Source of the DNA: Octopus vulgaris | Lineage: Eukaryota | Length of the DNA: 64,000 bases | Assembly (NCBI GenBank): GCA_951406725.2 | Contig: OX597832.1 | Location: 62,372,001 to 62,436,000 of the forward strand | Reading direction: 5' to 3' | Shown: piece after piece, positions 55,803-64,000 of the stretch | How the letters are laid out: each line of letters begins with the position of its first letter | Position numbering within the stretch: position 1 is the first letter of the stretch | Made by a program: the position numbers and the translations under genes | The notes under the pieces: model-generated | Told to the model about the DNA's origin: nothing | Databases searched by the model: none | What the model saw: the letters and a program-made list of their open reading frames with translations, nothing else

Positions 55803-57287
55803 TTGAGTTTGAAAGCAAGTAATTTTATTTTTTTTTGGCAGTGTTACGATTCTTTTGAATGACTTTCGACAATGTTATGGTTATTTTCCTTTTGACATTT
55901 GATAGTCGTTACTCTTAGCTTACTTTAGAAGCAAATTGCGTGTGAATCTGTTAACGGCAGTTACTTCAGTGTCAATTTTAACATGGAGTGCAAAAACGAA
56001 CGTGCAAAAAGGCAAGCAACCTGCTGAAACTCGCAGACTGATAAATGAATTGTAAGGAGTTGATTGCTTAACAGAAGGTACATGTTAGAAATGTTTTTAA
56101 AATATTCTGTTCAGATTTTTCACTCAAATATGACCAACGTTCTGGTCGACCTACTGAAGGTGATGATGACCGAATCAAAACATTATTGAATCAGATTGTC
56201 ATATATCTGTACCAGAGATTGCAGGGAGGTTAGATGTATCACACACAACAATTGAAAATCAGTTGAAATGTCTTAGACTGGTTAAGAAGCTTGATATTTG
56301 GTTTCCACATAAATTGAAAGAGATTCACTTAACACAACAAATCTATATTTCTCAAACGCAATGAAATCGACATTTTTTTTAATGAATCACCACTGGTGAT
56401 TGAAAATGGATTGTCTACAGTAAAATCAATCGAAAATGGCCATGCTCCAAGCGTAATGAACCAGCACAAACCATATCGAAAGCTCAATTGCATGAAAAAA
56501 AGGTCATGCTGTCAATTTGGTGGGATTGCACGGGTGATGTGTATTTTGAGCTGCTTCCAAGAAACTAAGCGATCAATTCAGATGTTTACTGTCAACAACC
56601 AATGAAACTATTGAGGAGAATAAAAGAAAAACGGCCAAAATTCGCATATTGTAAAGGAATCTTGTTCCACCATGACAACGCTAGACCACACACATCTTTG
56701 CTAACTCGTGAAAAATTATTGGAACTGCATTTAGAAGTGATGTAACATCCAACATATAGCCCTGATCTTGCACCATCAGATAACCAATTATTTCGTAGTT
56801 TGCAAACATTTTGAATGGTAAAACTTTCAATAATGATGATGACCTGAAATGGCACTTGCTTCAGTGTTTGGCTGATAAGGACCAGACGTTGTATGAACGC
56901 GGAATCATGAAGTTCCCAGAAAACAGCAAAAGTCATCGAACAAAATGGAAAATATATAATTGATTAATATTCTTTAGAAAATTATTATTTGTAAATCTCA
57001 CAACGAGATATTCAGTAACATTAATTTGGAGTAAACATTATTTTCCAACATAACATGGCAGTCCTGGTTTAGGACTGGCTATACGACACGAAAATATAAG
57101 GACACAGATCGTGTCGTATAGCTACATGGAGACGATGTCTCCTGGGGCTAAATTACAGCAACATTCGTCCTAAACCAGGACTGCCATGTTATGTTGGCAA
57201 ATAATCTTTATTCCTAATGTTTATTGTATGAAAAACAAAACCTTTTATTTCACACTAAATAGCGAAATTACTTTCTTGCCAATCCAA
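55803..57287 (+). mobile_element. Degenerate mariner
   Basis: TIRs TA-TTGAGTTTGAAAGCAAGTAATTT / AAATTACTTTCTTGCCAATCCAA-TA. Remnants KLDIWFPHKL, ITTGD, FHHDNARPH and HPTYSPDLAPSD. Confidence 0.9.
57037..57205. repeat. Nested palindromic insertion in the mariner 3' UTR
   Basis: 39-bp inverted arms at 57037-57075 / 57167-57205 (1 mismatch), plus an internal 14-bp hairpin at 57078-57091 / 57109-57122. Confidence 0.85.
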
Positions 57288-57419
57288 TATAGAGATAAAA
57301 TGAACAGGAATACACGTGCGTCATTGTAAATTTCATTTTCTACTGTATTTGAACATCTTTATGACTGGAGGTTATGAAATTATAGTTCAAAGAATCGCAT
57401 CAGATTTTAACTGAGTGAC

Positions 57420-57745
57420 TGGATAAAATTACGCCATTTTAAAATTGCAATGTATTTGGTTTTAAAGTCTACAATTTTAGACAAATAATTAAAACAATAA
57501 TGGGAACCACATTGAACCCAACATATGCAAATCTGGTTATAGTGAACTTAAAACTTCAAATATTCGAATAATGCAGTTTAAATAACTGACGAGTTTCCGT
57601 AAATATCTATTGCACAACTATAAACGACATTTGAGCAAATTTGTTATTTTGTGTTTATACAAACTCGATCAACTTAATGAAATTCAAACTTTAATTAAAA
57701 GTATAAGCGTTGTTTAGTTTACGACGGAACATAACCAAACCAAAA
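57420..57745 (+). pseudogene. Highly degenerate PLE RT core fragment
   Basis: QIIKTIMGTTLNPTYANLVIVNL resembles the PLE Q..GT.MGT..AP.YANL motif. FTTEH occurs downstream. Confidence 0.6.
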
Positions 57746-57937
57746 TAATTACGTGTATAAATGTCTACCTATATATATAGACACATGTATATATATGTAT
57801 ATATATATATGTGTGTGTGTGTGTGAATGTATATATATATAGGTGTGTGTGTGTCTGTGTGTGTATGTATATATATATACATGTGTGTGTGTGAATGTAT
57901 ATATATATAGGTGTGTGTGTGTGTCTGTGTGTGTATG

Positions 57938-57972
<35 letters not shown>

Positions 57973-58164
57973 ACAGAGAGAGAGGGGGGAAGCGAGAGAA
58001 CGAGAGATGTGTATACGTATACAAACATGCAATTATATAGGAGTGTATATTATATATATATGCATACACACAAACACATGCCCACACACACACACACTCA
58101 TATATGCATACACATGCTGGGTTATTTGAATCGTTTCATAAAACAAATGACAGTATTACGCATA

Positions 58165-59120
58165 TAAATGTAGCCAATACTGCGGGGATTCGTTAAGAAT
58201 ATTTCAATAAGCATATCTAAGTTATCTGTTAATAAAAACATTTTTAAATCACATGCACCATATTACAACACTGCTTTAGCAAAGGCTGTATACCGAAAGA
58301 AAATCCAGTATCTGCAAGACACGGGTATACGTAACTCTGCCAATTCCGCCATTAATAATACTCATTAAACCCCAAAACAACATGACAGTAAGCAAACTCC
58401 GATGGAAAATACAGGTCAAAAAGAATTGGTCAACGTAGATATCATACGTTCACTCTATTAATTTAGAGCAGCATATTCACTGCATTAATAACAGTAAAAC
58501 GAACCAATTGTTCAAAAACCCACCTCCTGAAAGTATTACATATGAAGTATGAACCAAGTATGAACCACTTCCAGTCGACAAACAGAAAAAAAAACAACAA
58601 ATATATACACAAAAAATACCAAGAAAGAAGAAATAAACCAGAATGCTGCGGCCACATCGTGATGGTAGCAATAATAGTGATATAGCCAACAGGGCAACAG
58701 CGTCAGAAAATGAAGTCAGAACTGCCACACATATAACTAAATCTAATACAGAGAAAAATCAAAATACCCTTTGATGAACCTGTGTATCAATACAAATATT
58801 GCATATAAATGCACCGTACACACAAACGGACAAAGGGAGGACCGTACCTAAATACTGGGTCAACGGCTGATTCATTCAAGAATCGTTATCGCAACCATGT
58901 CGTCAGCTTCAAGAAATTCAACAAGAGGCCTTCAACATATTTGGCTGGTTTTGTATGGCGATTTAAGGAATATAAAATTAAATGTGATACAACTTGGTCC
59001 ATAGTAAGACACGCACAACCATATATGTATATATTTGCATACATAGATATACACGTGTATTACAATTCCTCTAGAACGTACTAGCGACCGTTGTGGAAAT
59101 CTAAGATTACGATAAACTTG
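58165..59120 (+). mobile_element. Degenerate PLE (Neptune-like) thumb plus GIY-YIG remnants
   Basis: FVKNISISISKLSVNKNIFKSHAPYYNTAL and TGSTADSFKNRYRNHVVSF...STYLAGFVWRFKE...WSIV. Confidence 0.7.
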
Positions 59121-59864
59121 GTTGAAAAACGCTTGTGCAACATATTCCCAAAGAAACGATACATTTGGACATGAAATCTCCCATAAGCCGCGTATGAAAA
59201 AGTTAAAACTGGATAATTATGGCTGTAAAATTTTTCGCTCTGCGATCCCCATATTCTGTTGGGTGTCGGCATTGGAAATACAACAAGAATTGCGTGTTTT
59301 TTTTTTGTATACATATAATTTATGGTATTTAGTTGGCGTTTACTGCTTACGTGGCGTTTAGTCCTTCCATCTGGAACCCATTCGGAATTGTGAAGGTTAT
59401 TTAACTCGTGTTGACGTAATCAGGCAATACAAGAGGATTACGTATGAAGGTTTGATCTGCCATGATCATATGTCTATTGAGGGAGTTTATCGATTGTTCT
59501 TGCTGTGAGTTTGATCTGGTAGAAGCATTGTAACTGTTGACAGGACGACTTTTCTTTCTCTTTTTACTAATCAGTGACAGAACTTACAATTAGGACATAT
59601 TTTAGGACCGGTTCTTCGGTTAATCTACCGCGAAGAATAATCTCCTAAACTTAGAAGTTTTTCTGCTTTTGTATGTATTTCAGAAGTAAAAAATAAGAAG
59701 CATATTTACTAACAAAGAACATATTATCATAATGAAATTCTAAGCACGTATCTTTCTCTTACCGGGCGAACGCTTTGCCAGTTACATAAGATTTATAATT
59801 CATATAATTTATGATTTAAATAATTTAATATATAACTACATACAAACATGTATATGTATGTATG

Positions 59865-59966
<102 letters not shown>

Positions 59967-60079
59967 CTAGAGAGAGAGAAAGAGGCATGACTTGTGTATG
60001 TATACATGATGTATGTATACACATACAAACATACATACATATATATAAGTATATATATGTATATATATATGTATGTATG

Positions 60080-60144
<65 letters not shown>

Positions 60145-61578
60145 ATATTTCTATGTGTATGTATATTTCTATGTGTGTACATGTATGTCTGTTTACGTAT
60201 ATGCAGAGAGGGAGAGAGAGAGAGAGATTTGTTAAATAGTTATCCATAGAGTACCACATACTTATGTAGGTATATACATATATACGCATGTTCTATCAGT
60301 ATGTATGTGTGTAAAGAAGTAAAGAGTTTTGACGACATATCAACAGGTCAACTATGTCGAGGTTTTATAAAAGTTCAATACATTTGACTATGCAATTTAA
60401 CAGATGAAAAATAAAGTCTTGAATCCTATGTTGTAGGTAATGTCATGAATGGTTTCATAAAAGCGACATATCAAACGAGAATCTTTTTTATCTAATTTAT
60501 ACACAATGCTACGACTTCCGGGAGCGTGGGCAGATATTGATTAAATCGATTTCAATAGTTAAGTTATATATTCTATCGTTTCTGATTGGACAATGATTGA
60601 CATTAAACTGGATGTGGTTCTACCACAGAACGTAGATAGATCTTTGGACTCGCTACTAATTCTTGCATTCACCACGCTACATACTATTTAAAATCGTAGG
60701 CACCCATGTGGCGACTCAATCAAATGAAAATGCTTTGTTTACACAGGTTTTCCATTCTTCTGCATGTTTATCTGTCCAAGGACATATATTTTATGTGATA
60801 AATTTGATTTAATGATTTTCGATCAATTTAAAATATTTCGCTTCATAGCAGGCTTAATTAATATACTTCAGGTTAAGTCATATTGATGATTTCTAAAAAG
60901 AATGAAATGGTTATACATGATTACTTTTGACAAGAAAGCTTAAGAATTTAATACTATGTCGGTAACAATAGCAAATGAAATATGTGTATTTTACGGTGTT
61001 CTTATTGCTTAAAGTTACATTCAAACATCTAATCCGTCCAAATATTATATAGAAAATAGGTGTGGCCTTGCTTCTCAACCACATAGTTCCGGGTTAATTA
61101 CCCCTGCATGTCACCTTGGTTAACTGTCCTCTACTTTAGACTAGGGCCCACCAAAGCTTTGTGAATGAATGATGTCATAGCACAATCTTCAAACACTGCC
61201 CACATGGCATAACAAGCTTAATTTGTTGTGACATATATTGTTATATATATATATATGTATACATGTATGTATGTATATATGTGATACACATATACATATG
61301 TACAATGTGTATAATTTGAGTATTACCTATTGCACGTAACAGCGTTTGTGTACATTTATATGTAGATACAGATATTTATATGTATGTGTGTGTGATTGTT
61401 TGTGTGTAAATATCTATGATTGCTGATGTATAATATGTATATCTTTATCTATCTTGCTATGAATCTATACATTTAAACATACACGCATAAACACAAACAA
61501 ACACACAAATATGACATAAATTCATATTCAGTTGCATTGCATTGTATGTCTATATTCGCAATGTATCAATATATATAT

Positions 61579-61813
61579 ATTTCTTTATTGCTCACAGGGG
61601 GCTAAACATAGAGGGGACGAATGAGGACAGACAAAGGGATTAAGTCGATTAAATCGACCCCAGTGCTTAATTGGTAATTATTTAATTGCCCTCGAAAGGA
61701 TGAGAGGCATATTCGACTTCGGTGTAATTTGAATTCACAACGTAACGTAACAGCAGACGAAATACCGCCAAGCACTTTGACCTGAGCGGTAACGATTCTG
61801 CCAGCTCACCGCC
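61579..61813 (-). mobile_element. SINE family 1, full-length
   Basis: Colinear with 3883-4112, including the tail TTTCTTTATT..CACAGGGGGCTAAAC. Confidence 0.88.
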
Positions 61814-61826
61814 GTTACATATATAC

Positions 61827-61860
<34 letters not shown>

Positions 61861-61864
<4 letters not shown>

Positions 61865-62780
61865 TAAGTAATTAAGGGTTTAGCAACGATTTGCCTCACC
61901 ACACACCGAATTTAGAAATAGCAGTCAAAGAGTTATAGCTATTCCTTTCTACTAAAAGGGAGATCTCAGTAAAACCACAGCACTTGAAAGGCAAACACAG
62001 ATAGGCAAGAGAGAAAGAAAATGACGACAATCGATCATACAATAAAAAGTCACCTACGGACGTACGTTTCGAAATCAAGTTTTAGGAAAGCATATGAATT
62101 AGATAATCCTGTCTTACCCAACTTCTTTTCTCATCAGCGTAGGATACTACAATTATGAATAATTGTATATTAAATTTCGCGGTACTAGAAGACATCATCT
62201 CAACTGATAGTATCAGAGCGAGCTAAATCCGTTCCTAGTATCGCCAAATTCAAAGTGTGAATGAAAGTCTGTGTCACCAGCCCCTTCCTATCAGCGTGCA
62301 GCCAAGACAAGATGTTGTGGTCATCTACCGAGATGAAATATGGTTATCAGTAATAATGTAGGGTGAAATTAATTAATTTGGAATAATTATCAATTTCACC
62401 ATGTAGATTTCGGCATGTAAAAGCCCCATTTGGGGAAAGTTTAAGTAATACTAAGTAATTAAGGGTTTAGCAACAATTTGCCTCACCACACACCGAATTT
62501 AGAAATAGCAGCCAAAGAGTTATAGCTATTCCTTTCTACTAAAAGGGAGATCTCAGTAAAACCACAGCACTTGAAAGGCAAACACAGACAGGCAAGAGAG
62601 AAAGAAAATGACGACAATCGATCATACAATAAAAAGTCACCGTACGTTTCGAAATCAAGTTTTAGGAAAGCATAAGAATTAGATAATCCTGTCTTACCCA
62701 ACTTCTTTTCTCATCAGCGTAGGATACTACAATTATGAATAATTGAAATTCAGTGTGTGGTGAGGCAAATCGTTGCTAAG
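61861..62780 (-). mobile_element. HHR-bearing tandem repeat, about 1.5 units of 587 bp plus a short inverted copy (retrozyme/PLE-like)
   Basis: 61861-62165 is repeated at 62448-62745. 62747-62779 is an inverted copy of TTAGCAACGATTTGCCTCACCACACACCGAATTT. Confidence 0.85.
62053..62143 (-). ncRNA. Type I hammerhead ribozyme, canonical core
   Basis: cctacg-CTGATGA-gaaa(long loop)tttc-GAAA-cgtacg-TC-cgtagg. It has a 6-bp stem I, palindromic stem III and a GUC cleavage site. Confidence 0.8.
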
Positions 62781-62875
62781 AATTTCGCCCGTCGTGCTAA
62801 TGATTCTGCCAGCTCGCCGCCGTTACTTATATTTATGCATACATACATACATACATACATACATACATACATACA

Positions 62876-62946
<71 letters not shown>

Positions 62947-63489
62947 CCAAAGTTGACGGACATTAAGCGATACAGAAAAGCGAATCTCTAGTAAGACTTT
63001 ATAATTATTATTTATTATTTTTATTTTTATTTCTTTATGTACCCGAAGAAACCCAGAACGGATCGAAGCATGTGCTGTACTCAAATCTTATTATCATGTA
63101 TTTTATTCATACCCTTGTATATATGTATATGCGTGTGTGAGTGTGTGTGTATGTGTGTGTGAGTGTGTATGTATGTATGTATAGTAACAAACCGAGGAAA
63201 AGTGTTCCTTCAAGCCGGTATATTAAACATCTAGTTCACTGGTAGGTCAGTAGAATACCATATAATTATGTGTGTAATGCAATTACAAATATAAATTAAG
63301 TAGAGAGGTACTATTAACAATCCAATTATTTATATTATATTATAATATTACAATATTACATAATATACTATGGATATTATATAACATAATATCATATAAC
63401 ATTAACAATTATATAAAAACCCAAAAAGGCTAGCAAATTGTTTCGACTTACATGTGTGCATTTTCGTGTGTATGTATATATATGTATAA

Positions 63490-63539
<50 letters not shown>

Positions 63540-64000
63540 CACACAAGCACGCACCTACAGACGCAAAGACACAGAACGCACGCACATATGCTTGAACACA
63601 CGTTTTTATGTGAATATAGAAGAGAAAGAAGGTTAGTTACTGAAAGCGAAGATGGAATGAATACATCGCATCAAATTACATCGCAAAAGAAATTTAATGA
63701 TTAAAATTTCAACATAATACCTAATAATACACGCTCCTCTATAGGTTAACGTGACATATCTCTGTGGATCATACACACACACACGCACACGCACATATGT
63801 ACATATATATACACGCATACATACTTACATACATACATACCTACATATACATTCATACGTACATATACATATATTCACATTCGTATATATGTGGTGTCTA
63901 TGTGTGTGTGTTTGCACTTGCGTGTGCATTTTTGTGTGTGTGTATGTATTTATATATGTGTATACATATATATATATATTTATACATAGATAAATGCAAA

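Noticed and set aside
57037-57205. Twister or HDV-like ribozyme
   Set aside because: I could not place the required pseudoknot pairings or conserved nucleotides.

Overview
Eukaryotic, AT-rich window saturated with (TA)n/(CA)n/(GATA)n and triplet microsatellites. The SINE families and repeat texture look like an octopus/coleoid cephalopod genome (inference). Almost all ORFs in the track are microsatellite artefacts. Real coding remnants are mostly transposons: five mariner-type elements plus a Tc1/mariner fragment (one full-length with three in-frame stops), a young CR1/L2-group LINE with an open RT frame, RTE and L1/Tx1-like fragments, Dong/R4-like fragments nested in (TAA)n tracts, and Penelope-like elements (PLEs). 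At least four tRNA-derived SINE families are present. Three signals stand out. (1) Many short non-coding repeats between microsatellites carry minimal type I hammerhead ribozyme (HHR) motifs, including apparent U3-A8 and G3-C8 core variants, arranged as inverted or tandem repeats. One family forms 520-590 bp head-to-tail units resembling retrozymes. (2) A short minus-strand exon (MSSTSEKHFYQVFTEAYN|GTATGT) resembles the N-terminus of Daughterless/E-proteins, so the window may be the 5' intronic region of a large E-protein gene, with a candidate alternative first exon and a candidate microexon. (3) SINE tails match LINE 3' ends present in the same window. All calls were made by eye; no searches or folding were run.
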